A stretch of DNA of 25,010 nucleotides from positions 1 through 25,010 of IMG/VR virus record IMGVR_UViG_3300025313_000614; one strand, 5' to 3'. Source of the DNA: a virus (lineage: Duplodnaviria > Caudoviricetes). The translations under genes and the position numbers were made by a program. This document shows positions 15,497-25,010 of this stretch, in pieces; the stretch's first letter is position 1; the number at the start of each line of letters is the position of its first letter. A model generated the notes under the pieces. The model was not told the origin of the DNA, searched no databases, and was given only the letters and a program-made list of their open reading frames with translations.

Positions 15497-15877
15497 ATGG
15501 CCCTGCGCGAACTGCGAGTCACGACCACCGGCACGGCGGGCAGCGCCACCGGCACGGCGACGCTGGGCTTTGATCAACGTCCGTGTCTGCTGGAGGCGAT
15601 CAAGCTGAATTACCACGCCAGCGCCCCGGCGACGACAGACGTGAGCATCGTCGAGACGGGGGGCCTGGGCCGCGAGCTGCTGGCCGTCGCCAACACCGCG
15701 ACCGACGGCGTGTACTATCCCCGCCACGCGCTGCACAATGCGAGCGGGGTGGAGGGCGCGGGCCTGGTCCCCTACGTGGTGGAAGGGCCGATCCAGGTCA
15801 ACGTGGAAGGGTGCGACGCCCTGGCCGACGCGGTGGTGGTCACGCTGCAACTGGTCGAGAACCCGCGCGTCCACTGA
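15497..15877 (+). CDS. Putative virion structural protein
   Basis: Packed in the head-neck region; Thr/Ala/Val-rich; codon pattern like neighbours. Confidence 0.65.
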   Translation: MALRELRVTTTGTAGSATGTATLGFDQRPCLLEAIKLNYHASAPATTDVSIVETGGLGRELLAVANTATDGVYYPRHALHNASGVEGAGLVPYVVEGPIQVNVEGCDALADAVVVTLQLVENPRVH

Positions 15878-16365
15878 TGTTCGCCGTCGACCTGGTCGTG
15901 GACGATACGGCGCTCCAGGCGCTGCGCGAGGCGCACCGGCGTATCCCGGATGCGATTGCGCGCTACGTGCGGCGCGAGCTGCGGCCCTACGCCAGCCAGC
16001 GCGTGGAGCGCACGCTGCGGCAGGAACCGGGGCCAGTCGTCTATCCGATCCAGTGGACCAGCGCGCGCCAGCGGCGCTACGTCATGGCGAAGCTGCGCGC
16101 GGAGGGCAACCTGCCCTACCAGCGCACCAGACGCTACGTCCGGGGCTGGCACGTGGAGGGCGACTATACCGACGTGTTCAGCGGCATCACGCTGCGCCAC
16201 GACTGGGACGGCGCGACCTACGTCGGCGGGTGGCAGCAGCAAGCAATGCACCAGAACACCGGCTGGCCGAACGCGGTGGAGATCGCGCAGGGGTTGAGTA
16301 TCGAGTTAACGGAGCGGATCGAGGTAGGCTTGCCCCTCGTCATCCAACAGGCGATAGCGGCGTAA
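15877..16365 (+). CDS. Putative neck/head-completion protein (HK97 gp10-like position)
   Basis: TGATG coupling at 15875-15879; basic, with PYQRT and YVGG..QQAMH..TGW. Confidence 0.6.
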   Translation: MFAVDLVVDDTALQALREAHRRIPDAIARYVRRELRPYASQRVERTLRQEPGPVVYPIQWTSARQRRYVMAKLRAEGNLPYQRTRRYVRGWHVEGDYTDVFSGITLRHDWDGATYVGGWQQQAMHQNTGWPNAVEIAQGLSIELTERIEVGLPLVIQQAIAA

Positions 16366-17238
16366 ATGGCGCATTTTGCGGACGTGGACCTGACGACCCT
16401 GGCGGCGGTCAAAGCGCAATTACTGGGCGTGACTCCGCCGATCAATCCTGGCGACGATGCCGTGATCCAGCGCTTGATCGGCGCGGCCACCGATTTCATG
16501 ACCCAGGAATGCGCGCGGTCGTTTATCCCGGTGCGCGAGACGCGCGCGGTGGATGCGCGCGGCCTGCACGTGGATGGGGCCTGCCTGAACGTCGGGGCCG
16601 ATCTGCTGGAGATCGTCACGCTGACCAACGGCGACGGGACGGTCATCACCAGCGGCCAATACGCGCTCTTGCCGCGCACCGGGTATCCCAAGTATGGGAT
16701 CGAGCTGCTGCCATCGTCGAGCCTGATCTGGACCGACGATGGCGTGGACTGGCAGGGCGCGATCACCCTCGACGGCCTGTGGGGGTATCACGAGGACTAT
16801 GCCCACGCCTGGGTCAACACGCTGGACAGCGTGCAGGACACGGGCGGCATCAACGCCACGACGCCGACCATCACCGTCACAGATGCGGACGGCCAGGACG
16901 CGCGCTACCAGACGCGGTTTGCGGTCGGGCAGCTGCTCAAAGTGGAGAGCGAGTTCCTGAAGGTGCTGGCGGTGGTGGCCGACGCCACCAACCAGTTGAC
17001 GGTGCTGCGCGGCGCGAACGGCACGACGGCGGCGACCCACGCGAAGGACAAGCCGCTGTACAGCTACGCGCCGATGCGTAACCTGGAGCAAATCTGCATC
17101 GCGCTGGTGGCCTGGCTGTATCGCAATAAGGGCAGCGCGGGCGACCAGATTCAAGTGCTGATGGAGGGCACGCGCATCGTGAGCGGCGAGGTGCCGCGCC
17201 TGATCATGGACGTGCTGGAGGACTATCTGCGGCGATGA
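16366..17238 (+). CDS. Putative head-tail adaptor protein
   Basis: LTTLAAVKAQL..DDAVIQRLIGAATDF start and EQICIALVAWLYR..LEDYLR end are typical of gp6/gp15-like adaptors; extra internal domain. Confidence 0.75.
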   Translation: MAHFADVDLTTLAAVKAQLLGVTPPINPGDDAVIQRLIGAATDFMTQECARSFIPVRETRAVDARGLHVDGACLNVGADLLEIVTLTNGDGTVITSGQYALLPRTGYPKYGIELLPSSSLIWTDDGVDWQGAITLDGLWGYHEDYAHAWVNTLDSVQDTGGINATTPTITVTDADGQDARYQTRFAVGQLLKVESEFLKVLAVVADATNQLTVLRGANGTTAATHAKDKPLYSYAPMRNLEQICIALVAWLYRNKGSAGDQIQVLMEGTRIVSGEVPRLIMDVLEDYLRR

Positions 17239-17696
17239 GCCAGATCACAGTGGAAGAGATCGAGGACGCGCTGGTGCCCTTCTTTCAGGCGATTGATGGC
17301 CTAGTGACGGTGTGGACGGATTTCCCGGACGAGATGCAGAGTCGGGAACTGCCCGCCGTCGTCCTGTCGCCGAAGGCCGCCAGCTACGACCGCGAGACCT
17401 ATGGCGCGGACAGCCTGCTGGTGCGGCGCGAATGGCGCGCGGTGTTGTTCGCCGCCGAAGGCGTGACCGGGCGCGAGTTCCAGTCCGAGCAGGCCGCCAA
17501 GCCGTTCCTAAGCCGCCTCCCCGACGCGCTGGCGGCGCTGGGGCGTGTGGTCCTGGACGATGGGCGCGGCTTCGACGTGTTGTTGCACGCGCGCGGCGAC
17601 ACGGGCGTCGCCCAAATTCCCTACACCGGGCGACCGTACATCGGCACGAGCGTGAGTTTTACGGTGGAAACCATCACCTATATTGAGGAGCAATGA
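17235..17696 (+). CDS. Putative tail terminator/completion protein
   Basis: ATGA overlap; size, ELPAVVL motif and position before the tail tube gene. Confidence 0.6.
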   Translation: MSQITVEEIEDALVPFFQAIDGLVTVWTDFPDEMQSRELPAVVLSPKAASYDRETYGADSLLVRREWRAVLFAAEGVTGREFQSEQAAKPFLSRLPDALAALGRVVLDDGRGFDVLLHARGDTGVAQIPYTGRPYIGTSVSFTVETITYIEEQ

Positions 17697-17959
17697 CCAT
17701 GCATGACAATGAGGGTTTCGAAGTGCGTCGGGGCGGCGTCGTCTCGACCACGACCAACCGGTCCATTTTCGGCCAGCGGCTGGCGGCCGGGCGCGGGACG
17801 ATCACCAAGCCCGTGCCGGAGCTGCCCGGCGTGTTTTTCAAGGTGCTGCCCGGCGAGGTGGCGCGGCTGACGGCGGACGAGATGGCCCGGATCACCCAGC
17901 AGGCGCGGGAGTGGTTTGCCGCGCCCCCGTCCAAAAGCAAAGCGGGCGACAGCGCGTAA
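17693..17959 (+). CDS. Hypothetical protein (88 aa)
   Basis: GAGGAG RBS, ATGA overlap, fills the gap. Confidence 0.6.
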   Translation: MTMHDNEGFEVRRGGVVSTTTNRSIFGQRLAAGRGTITKPVPELPGVFFKVLPGEVARLTADEMARITQQAREWFAAPPSKSKAGDSA

Positions 17960-17991
17960 GCGCCTCCCGCCCATCAACAGGAGCGTAAAGG

Positions 17992-18849
17992 ATGGCATAC
18001 GCAGCGCAAGTGATTCAGGCGGGCTTTCGCACCGCCAAGCTGCACCGGCTCGACACCGTCGGCTACGCGATGGGGCTGCTCGGCGCCCTGGCGAATGGCG
18101 AGGACAGCGGCTCGTATGAGCTGCTGGCCGTCAAGACTGCCGATCTCCAGGTCCCGGAGCCAGAGCAGACGAACATCACCGGCGACGACCAGTTCCAGGG
18201 CGCGTTCACCTGGCCGCTGGGCGCGGCCCCGCGCGGCAGCGTTGAGGCCGCCGTGTTCGACATGGACCTCAACGTCGCCCTCGAGGGGATCAAGAAAGTC
18301 ACGGAGGGCGGCCTTGAAATGCAGGTGCTCGGCGCGAAAGAGGCCGATCCGAAAGACATCTGCCTGATCCTGCAAAGTTCGGCCTTCAGCAAGACATCGG
18401 GGTATGTGGGCCTGTCGAAAAAGTTCGGCCTGCTCGTCCCCAAGGCCTCGGCGGTCGTGCTGGGCATCGGCACGTTTACGGAGCGGCAGGCGCTCAACGC
18501 CCGGCTCGCCCTGACGGTTCAGAGCGCGGATACCTATCCCTGGGGCAAAGCGTTCACCCTGGCGACTGAGGGCGCGACCGAAGGGTTGATGATCCCCTTC
18601 ACCAGCGACTACTTCGTCGACCTGCACGCCTTTGTCGGCAACGGCTCGCTGAACAACGTGGTGCTGGACCGGACGCCTGCCGGGGATCATGCGGCCTCGC
18701 CGCAGCGGGTGTTTGTCTACTATGATGGCGTGGCGAAGACGCCCACGACTCACTTCACCGTGGTGGTCGCGACCAAGACGGTCACGTTCGAGGCCGGCGC
18801 GATCCCGGGCGCAGGCGTCAAGGTCGAAATCCGCTACGAGTACGTTTAA
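17992..18849 (+). CDS. Putative major tail (tube) protein
   Basis: AGGAG RBS; 285 aa; directly before the chaperone and tape measure genes; beta-rich C-terminal extension. Confidence 0.7.
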   Translation: MAYAAQVIQAGFRTAKLHRLDTVGYAMGLLGALANGEDSGSYELLAVKTADLQVPEPEQTNITGDDQFQGAFTWPLGAAPRGSVEAAVFDMDLNVALEGIKKVTEGGLEMQVLGAKEADPKDICLILQSSAFSKTSGYVGLSKKFGLLVPKASAVVLGIGTFTERQALNARLALTVQSADTYPWGKAFTLATEGATEGLMIPFTSDYFVDLHAFVGNGSLNNVVLDRTPAGDHAASPQRVFVYYDGVAKTPTTHFTVVVATKTVTFEAGAIPGAGVKVEIRYEYV

Positions 18850-18857
18850 AAAAGCGA

Positions 18858-18921
18858 TTAGCCATTAGGCGCGCTGCGCGCGTAGTTAGCTTTTAGCTAA
18901 GCGCTAACGACTAACAGCTAA
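18858..18921. repeat. Inverted array of 7-bp-period TTAG/CTAA repeats
   Basis: TTAG at 18858, 18865, 18886, 18893; CTAA at 18897, 18904, 18911, 18918; central palindrome TTAGCTAA 18893-18900. Confidence 0.8.
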
Positions 18922-18940
18922 GAACTGAGGGACTGAACGC

Positions 18941-19435
18941 ATGGCGAAACGACAACGGGCGGCGGTGGGCGATCCGCTGTGGCCCACCCAAACCTTTACC
19001 TATGGGGCGGTGACGATCACGGTCGAACGGCAGACGGGCTACCATTCGGTGCTGGTCACGCGCATCCTGGCCGCGCTGCCGACGCCTGCCGACGAGGTGG
19101 ACCGGATCTACCAATCCACCTTTGCGCGCGCGGTGGCGCAGTCGGTGGAGATCGAGGGTCTCGACGTGGCGTTTCCGGAGACCGGCGCGTCGCCGGACGA
19201 ATGGCGCGCGGCCTACGACCTGTTCCTGCGCATGGCGGGCAAGCTGCTCGACACCTGGTATGAGGCGCTGCAGGACGTGGATCGCGCGCCGAACGCGCAA
19301 GAGTTCTGGCCGACGCACCGGTTGACCGAGGACGAGCGAAAAAATCTGAGGAGCGCCGGGCGGAATGGCAGGCCGCCGTCTGGCGCGACCTCCGACGACT
19401 CGACGAGCGCCAAGCCGACGGTGACGGCGACCTGA
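18941..19435 (+). CDS. Tail assembly chaperone (lambda gpG-like)
   Basis: Between tail tube and tape measure genes; GAGGGA RBS; slippery site near its 3' end. Confidence 0.8.
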   Translation: MAKRQRAAVGDPLWPTQTFTYGAVTITVERQTGYHSVLVTRILAALPTPADEVDRIYQSTFARAVAQSVEIEGLDVAFPETGASPDEWRAAYDLFLRMAGKLLDTWYEALQDVDRAPNAQEFWPTHRLTEDERKNLRSAGRNGRPPSGATSDDSTSAKPTVTAT

Positions 19436-19671
19436 TCGAACCCGACATCGGGTTCAATTATCCCCGCGACACCATCTGGCCCCTGTTCCGGTTCTGGCAC
19501 CAGACGGGCCAGGAGGCGGGGATTCTGCTGGCGCTCTGGGGCCGGTTCCAGTACGACCTGATGTTCCTGGAGGATTTCGGCACGTGCCTGGAGGCGCTGG
19601 ACTTCAAGCGCCGCCTGGACGAGACGCAGAAGGTGTTTGGATTGGTGAGCGATGCCGCAGTCGATCTCTGA
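19339..19671 (+). CDS. -1 frameshift extension of the tail assembly chaperone (gpGT-like); not in the ORF track
   Basis: A AAA AAT at 19339-19345; the -1 frame reads KSEERRAEWQAAVWRDL..DAAVDL to TGA 19669-19671, overlapping the tape measure start. Confidence 0.8.
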   Translation, partial: KKSEERRAEWQAAVWRDLRRLDERQADGDGDLIEPDIGFNYPRDTIWPLFRFWHQTGQEAGILLALWGRFQYDLMFLEDFGTCLEALDFKRRLDETQKVFGLVSDAAVDL

Positions 19672-22348
19672 AACGCTGGTGCGGCTCAAGCCGGACCCGC
19701 AAAACGTCCAGGTCACCAAACAGGTGGACGCGCTGTCGTCACGCCTCAAAGAACTGCGTGCTGACACCAAAAGTATTACGCAGGAAACGGCGCGCACGCG
19801 GGCCGAGTATGACCGCCTGACGGCGCGGGGCAATGCGCTTCAGGAAGCATTTCGGCAACAGGGGCGGACTGCGGTTGAGCTGAACAGGCGGATTGCCAAC
19901 CTCAATGATGCTTACAAAGAGGGACGCGTTTCTGAAGAACGCTACATTGCCGAAAACACACGGCTGACTGGTGAGCTTAAGAAAGCTGACAATGCTTTTG
20001 GCATGACGACAGAAGCGATCCGCGAGACAGATAACGCCATTAAGAGTTTCTATAAGTCTGCGCAATCCGGGCGTGGGGCTGAGATTATTGCGCCAAAAGT
20101 TCCTACAATTCGGCAACAACTGCGTGGTATTCGAGGAGGCGCGGAAGCGATCAGCGGTATTGGGTCGGCGGCGGCATTTGCGTTGCCGTCTGGTATGGCG
20201 ACTGGCGCGCCTGGCGCGGTACTGCGCGCAGTCGCGGGTTTTCAGTATTTAGAATCAGAGTTGCCCAAACTGGCGACGCAGGCGGTTGCGGCGGCGGGGG
20301 GTGTAGGCAATCTGGCGTTGGGTTTGGGTGTAGCCGGGATTGCCGTGGGCGCGCTGGCGCTGGGCATCAAGCTGCTGGGCGATGAGGCAAACAATCGCCG
20401 CGCGGGAGTGCTGGCGGACATTGCGCTCGACCGGCAGCGCACTGAGATTTTATTCGCCGTCAATGCCATGACGTCGAAGCAAGTCCAGTCGGAAATTGAC
20501 GCCAGCCAACAGCGGTTTGAAATACGCGATAGAGAGCTGGCGGCGAAGATAGCCGACCGCGATGCCCTGGCGAAGTCGCAGAATTTCTTGGAGTTTTCAG
20601 GCGAAACCCTAGGAGTATTCAATCAAGGGCTAGACGACCTCGACCAACGTATCTCGGAACTGCTGGTCGACCAGCAAAAAGAAAACGACGCGTTAGTCAT
20701 TTATCGCGACGCTCTGGCTGGCAGCGCTGTCGCTGCCAACGATGCGGCAGCCGCAGAGGAAGCGCTGGCGGATCAGCGCCAGAAAGCTTCTCAGCAGGTC
20801 TTGAGCCAACTGCAAGAGGACGCGCGCTACGAGCTTGATCTGCGGCGCAAGGTGGCGACTTACAGCACAGACCAGGTTGAAAAAGAAGTCGAGGACCTGA
20901 CGCGCCAGCGTGATGTCGCATTGCATGACCAGGACCGGCTCAATGCCTCCCTCGAAGCGGGCACCATTACCGGCCAGGATTATCTCGCGGCGATGGCGGC
21001 CTCTTTTGAGGCGGTCGAGCGCTTGAACATTGCCATCGCCGACGATAACACGCTGGTGCTGGATGCGGCTCGCGCGCGTGAAACGGAAGCGCGGGCCATT
21101 GAACACTCCGTTGCATTAATTGATAGCCAGGCGACGGCCTTGCGCAGAGCCAGCACCGTGGAAGACGCGCGCGAGGCGGCGTTGAAGGCTCAGGAGCTCC
21201 GCGAAGACTTCGCCGACAAGACGGCGGAGATCGAGGCCAAGCGCGGCACCGAGACGATCCAGGAACAGGAAGACTGGGCGCTCAAGCAGACCCGCGATCT
21301 GGCCGAGCATTATCGCGATCTCGCCAAAGTAGACCAGGACTATTACGAGAAACGCGCCGACATCATCGCCAGTCTGGGCGAGACGGCGGATGAAGAACGC
21401 CAAAAACAGGTGAAGGCCCTCGACGCCTACAACAAAGAGGACCTGCGCCGCACTGAAGATCACCTGCTGAAACTGGGCGACATCGAGCGCGACACGCGCC
21501 AGAAAATCCGGGACGCCGCCGCCACGCTCGACGCGCGGGCTGTCATCGCCGCCCAGCAGGGAGGCGCGCGGCAGATGGGCGCCGAGGCCCGCCAGTACAA
21601 CCTGGAGCGCCGCCGCCGCGCCGAGGATTTCCAGGACCGTCTCGACGAACTGGACGACGAGCGCGACGCGAAGCTGGCCGCCGGGCAGCAGGCGCTCAAG
21701 GACCTGGACAAGCAGCACAAGCAGGAACGGACGGCGCTGCAAACCGAATTCCGCCGCAAACAGCAGCTGGAAGCCGAGGACCGGCGCATCCGTCTGGAGC
21801 GGCAGCAGCAGGCCTGGCAGAACGAGGACAACGCGCGCCAGACTCAGTACGGCAAACAACTCACCAGCCTGGGGAATTTCCATGCCAGTGTGGAAACGGC
21901 CACCACGACACATCAAAAGACTGTGACCAGCATCACGCAGTCTGGCATGGGGGCGACTGAGTTGGCCTTTGCTCAATCGTTGGAACGAATGCGGGCCAGC
22001 GCCGCCGCCCTCACACCGCCCACTGCCGTCGGGTCGCCGCTGGTGGGTCCAGGGGGCGGGCGGTTCATTACGCCCTACGCGGGCGGCGGCTGGCCCACAC
22101 CCGGCCAGGACGCGCTGCTCGGCGAACGGGGGATGGAGACGGCCCGCTTCTACGGCGGCCCCTGGCGCGTGTTCGCGCACGGCGAGCGCCTGCCCAAGGA
22201 ACACATTACCGTCAACGTGCCTATCACCCTCGGCGGCGGCGCGCCCTCGGCGCTGGCCTCGGCCCGCGAGCAGGCTCGTCTGGAAGGCTTTCTCAAGCGG
22301 GTGGTGCCGCGCCTGATGGTCGATTTTATGGAAGGCCGGGCCTCGTGA
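19652..22348 (+). CDS. Tail tape measure protein
   Basis: 898 aa; Ala/Glu/Gln-rich coiled coil, Gly/Ala hydrophobic segment, C-terminal YAGGG..LLGERGME motif; canonical position. Confidence 0.9.
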   Translation: MPQSISETLVRLKPDPQNVQVTKQVDALSSRLKELRADTKSITQETARTRAEYDRLTARGNALQEAFRQQGRTAVELNRRIANLNDAYKEGRVSEERYIAENTRLTGELKKADNAFGMTTEAIRETDNAIKSFYKSAQSGRGAEIIAPKVPTIRQQLRGIRGGAEAISGIGSAAAFALPSGMATGAPGAVLRAVAGFQYLESELPKLATQAVAAAGGVGNLALGLGVAGIAVGALALGIKLLGDEANNRRAGVLADIALDRQRTEILFAVNAMTSKQVQSEIDASQQRFEIRDRELAAKIADRDALAKSQNFLEFSGETLGVFNQGLDDLDQRISELLVDQQKENDALVIYRDALAGSAVAANDAAAAEEALADQRQKASQQVLSQLQEDARYELDLRRKVATYSTDQVEKEVEDLTRQRDVALHDQDRLNASLEAGTITGQDYLAAMAASFEAVERLNIAIADDNTLVLDAARARETEARAIEHSVALIDSQATALRRASTVEDAREAALKAQELREDFADKTAEIEAKRGTETIQEQEDWALKQTRDLAEHYRDLAKVDQDYYEKRADIIASLGETADEERQKQVKALDAYNKEDLRRTEDHLLKLGDIERDTRQKIRDAAATLDARAVIAAQQGGARQMGAEARQYNLERRRRAEDFQDRLDELDDERDAKLAAGQQALKDLDKQHKQERTALQTEFRRKQQLEAEDRRIRLERQQQAWQNEDNARQTQYGKQLTSLGNFHASVETATTTHQKTVTSITQSGMGATELAFAQSLERMRASAAALTPPTAVGSPLVGPGGGRFITPYAGGGWPTPGQDALLGERGMETARFYGGPWRVFAHGERLPKEHITVNVPITLGGGAPSALASAREQARLEGFLKRVVPRLMVDFMEGRAS

Positions 22349-22782
22349 CCACGCACCAGATCGCCATCGGCTGGGACCAGATCGACGCGCTGCAAAACGT
22401 GGCAGATAAGCCGGTCAAGCTGTTTGAGCCGCGCTCACCGCTGACGGCCCCCGCGCGCCGTCTGACGCTGCTGAACCGCGCGCGCCAGGCCGACGGCTAC
22501 ACGCTGACGCGCTGGGTGTATGCGGATTACCTGACGACGACCCGGCTGCGCCAGCTGCTGGAGCAAATGGGGCTGCGCGCGGGCGCGGTGGAAATCGACA
22601 GCCGGGACGTGACGGTGCGCACGCCGGGCGAGGACCGCGACTGGGAGTATTGGAACGGCACCATCTACCATCCCCGCTCGGAATACACCTTCGCGCGGTT
22701 TGGCGAGATGGTATTCGAGCTGGCGCTGGTGGAATACCTGCCGCGCGCGTTTTCGAGCGCCTTTACGGGAGAGTTTGAATAA
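22345..22782 (+). CDS. Putative distal tail protein
   Basis: GTGA overlap with the tape measure stop; function inferred from position only. Confidence 0.55.
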   Translation: MTTHQIAIGWDQIDALQNVADKPVKLFEPRSPLTAPARRLTLLNRARQADGYTLTRWVYADYLTTTRLRQLLEQMGLRAGAVEIDSRDVTVRTPGEDRDWEYWNGTIYHPRSEYTFARFGEMVFELALVEYLPRAFSSAFTGEFE

Positions 22783-23183
22783 TGGCTGACACGGTGCGGA
22801 CGTTGAGCGCGCTCCAGGCGCTGCTGCCGGACAACACCACCAAGGCGATTTCCGCCCAGGACCTCCGGGACTTGTTGATCTCCGCCGTCGGTTCTCTCTA
22901 TGGCCGCGCGGTGAGCGCCAGCGACGATCTGGACGCGAACGACATCGTCATCGCCGCGACCGGCGGCACGCCGGGGATCACCCTGACGCTGCCCGCCGCC
23001 GCCACCTCTCAGTATAAGGTCTACGCGGTGGTCAAGGTCGACGCGGGCGCGGGCGCGGTCACGCTGGACGCGAATCTCAGCGAGACGATCTCCGGCGCGA
23101 CGACCTATGCCCTGGCCGCGCAGTACGACGCGGTTGTGATCTGGTGCGATGGCAGCCAATGGCTGGTAGTAGCGACGAAGTAG
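22782..23183 (+). CDS. Putative tail-associated structural protein
   Basis: TAATG coupling; ITLTLPAAA..VVKVDAGAGAVT..CDGSQW resembles beta-rich modules of phage tail/fibre proteins. Confidence 0.65.
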   Translation: MADTVRTLSALQALLPDNTTKAISAQDLRDLLISAVGSLYGRAVSASDDLDANDIVIAATGGTPGITLTLPAAATSQYKVYAVVKVDAGAGAVTLDANLSETISGATTYALAAQYDAVVIWCDGSQWLVVATK

Positions 23184-23190
23184 GAGTCTG

Positions 23191-25010
23191 ATGCCCGTTC
23201 TGTCCGTGACCGACCTGGCCCGCTGGCGCGCGCATCCGCAGCGCGTGACCGGCCACGTGGCGATCTGGGAGCCGGATCGGATCGCGCGCCGCCGCGTCAA
23301 CCAGGGCGCATTCGCCTACCCGGTGTCGCAGCTGCAATTCGATAACCCGGACGGCGATACGGGGAGCATAGCCGAGGTCGAGGCCGACATGATGATCGGC
23401 GTCTCGACCAGCGCTGGGGTGTTCAAGGGCTGGACGCGGGCGCTGCGCGCGCCGTCGGGCAGCGTGGTCTATCTCCATCCCACTGGCCAGGGGGATGTCG
23501 AGTTCGCCGACGACGACATCCTGGACTTCTGGGACGATTTCCGGCCCTACGCCCTGATTCCCTACATCGAGCCGACCACCGGCACACTCTACAAGAATTA
23601 CGATGAAGCGTATACCGACCAGACGGACGAGTTCGCGCCGGTGGCGAACGCCAATCCCTCGACGCTGGCCGGGACGGTCGATGCGGCCACGAACCGGCTG
23701 CGCGTGTCCTTCGATGCCCTGGGCGAGCTGCCCAGCTATGCGATGGCGACCTCGGCGACCCTGGCGGCCTATGCGTGGGACATCAAAGACGGCGAGGTCA
23801 TCAGCGGCGGTATCAGCAGCCCGGCGCTGACCGTCGATTTCCCGCCCGGCAAGCGGTGGGTGAAGCTGACTATTACCGACAGCAACGGCACGACGGCGAT
23901 CAAGCGCGTGCCCATCTGGGCCGCCGACGATGGAGAGTTCGCCTTCCGGCGCGCGATCCTGTCCCGCCGCGCCTACAGCCACGAGGCCGGGTGGGAACTG
24001 TCGCTGGACCTGGCCGATCCCGACCTATCCAGCATCCCGGACCAGGCGCTGGTGATCTTCGTCAAGGACGAGTATTTCGGGGCGTATCACGGCTCCATCT
24101 TCAGCCCAGTCGCCTTCCTGGGCTGGCTGACCGACGAAACGCTCCAGATGGAGCCGCTATGGGCCGACCACGCCGTCAACGCGCTGGGGCCGCTCGGCCT
24201 TCTGCGCCAGCGCCCGGCGTTTCCGCAGACGATGCGCCGCAAGGCCGCGCCCGTCAAGTGGAGCCAGGTCAAGGGCCTCGACTGGTGGAAAGCCGTCGTG
24301 TACCTGCTCAAGTTCCACTCGAATATCCTGGAGCTGTGCGATTTGGAGCGCCCGTCCTTCTACGCGGATTATCCCGTGCCGCGCCTGGATACCGAGGCGG
24401 GCAGCCTGGCCGATCCGATTGACTTCCTTGCCAGCGCCGCCTTCGCCCGGCTGACCTGCGACCAGCGCGGGCGGCTGTTCCTGCGCCGTGTGCCGCACAC
24501 CATGACCGACGCCGAGCGCGCTACCTGGCCGCCGGTGGTGGAGCTGACGGCGGCGGACCTGGCGGCGGACGACCAGGCGCAGGGCCCGCAGTTCGAGCGC
24601 GCGCACGCCGATGGGCTGGCCTGGCTCCGCAGTTCGGCCCTGATCGCCGATACGGCCACGTCCGTGCCGCTGCTGGCGATTGCGCCCGGCAAGACCCCTG
24701 GCCAGGGCACGATGGTCGACAGCCTGGACCGGCTGCTGGTGCTGTCGCAGGCGGAATTCAACGAGCGGGTGGGGCACGCCTATGCGCAGCGACAGCGCCG
24801 TCGCGATGGGGCGCGCGCGCTGGCCGGGACTCTGACATTGGCGCACGGGGGCGATGTGATCGACCCGGCCTGGCAGGAACCGGTGGCGCTGACTCTGGAC
24901 GCGGCGACCAACCGGCGCGGGTTCGCGTTCGACCAGGCGCGGTTGGTGCCGAGCGCGCTGGACATTCTCTACGACCATGCGGCGGGCGCGAGCCTGGAAC
25001 GGCTCACGGT
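23191..25010 (+). CDS. 3'-truncated large tail tip/hub protein with a PKD-like domain; not in the ORF track
   Basis: AGGAG RBS before ATG 23191; frame stays open to the window end; APVANA..VSFDA..YAWDIKDG..VKLTITDSNG is a PKD/Ig-like signature. Confidence 0.85.
   Translation, partial: MPVLSVTDLARWRAHPQRVTGHVAIWEPDRIARRRVNQGAFAYPVSQLQFDNPDGDTGSIAEVEADMMIGVSTSAGVFKGWTRALRAPSGSVVYLHPTGQGDVEFADDDILDFWDDFRPYALIPYIEPTTGTLYKNYDEAYTDQTDEFAPVANANPSTLAGTVDAATNRLRVSFDALGELPSYAMATSATLAAYAWDIKDGEVISGGISSPALTVDFPPGKRWVKLTITDSNGTTAIKRVPIWAADDGEFAFRRAILSRRAYSHEAGWELSLDLADPDLSSIPDQALVIFVKDEYFGAYHGSIFSPVAFLGWLTDETLQMEPLWADHAVNALGPLGLLRQRPAFPQTMRRKAAPVKWSQVKGLDWWKAVVYLLKFHSNILELCDLERPSFYADYPVPRLDTEAGSLADPIDFLASAAFARLTCDQRGRLFLRRVPHTMTDAERATWPPVVELTAADLAADDQAQGPQFERAHADGLAWLRSSALIADTATSVPLLAIAPGKTPGQGTMVDSLDRLLVLSQAEFNERVGHAYAQRQRRRDGARALAGTLTLAHGGDVIDPAWQEPVALTLDAATNRRGFAFDQARLVPSALDILYDHAAGASLERLT

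Larger units (their letters stand above)
1..25010 (+). mobile_element. Tailed bacteriophage/prophage genome segment (siphovirus-like, HK97-fold head), both ends outside the window
   Basis: Canonical order terminase small/large, portal, protease/capsid, neck, tail tube, frameshifted chaperone, tape measure, tail tip; tight gene packing with ATGA/TGATG overlaps; no sheath gene seen. Confidence 0.95.

Noticed and set aside
1-25010. Genome-wide TGA-to-Trp recoding, suggested by the in-frame TGAs at 4598 and 4673
   Set aside because: Many genes end cleanly at TGA with coupled starts (parA, parB-like, terL, tape measure), so the standard code applies.

Overview
GC-rich tailed-phage (siphovirus-like) DNA, almost all on the + strand. 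Whether it is an integrated prophage, a phage-plasmid or a free phage cannot be told from this window, which has no integrase, att site or host gene. Positions 1-4323 hold an early/accessory module: ParA, a ParB-like protein, a minimal family-X polymerase, an HTH/alpha-CTD-like/HNH protein and a LexA-like HTH protein. A structured intergenic region and a stop-interrupted GT-C-like glycosyltransferase follow. The morphogenesis operon then runs to the end: TerS, TerL, a portal-2H-phosphoesterase-MuF-like fusion, a ChaB-protease-capsid fusion, neck genes, tail tube, a -1 frameshifted chaperone, tape measure, and a PKD-containing tail protein cut off by the window edge. The main finding is two unrelated HNH endonuclease genes inserted antisense into the late region. 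Each sits behind the same ~100-nt cassette: a TATAAT box, a three-way-junction RNA, and a hairpin loop complementary to two downstream copies of a hexamer overlapping the gene's ribosome-binding site. Loop and targets change together between the two copies. All product calls come from motifs recognised by eye; no database searches were run.
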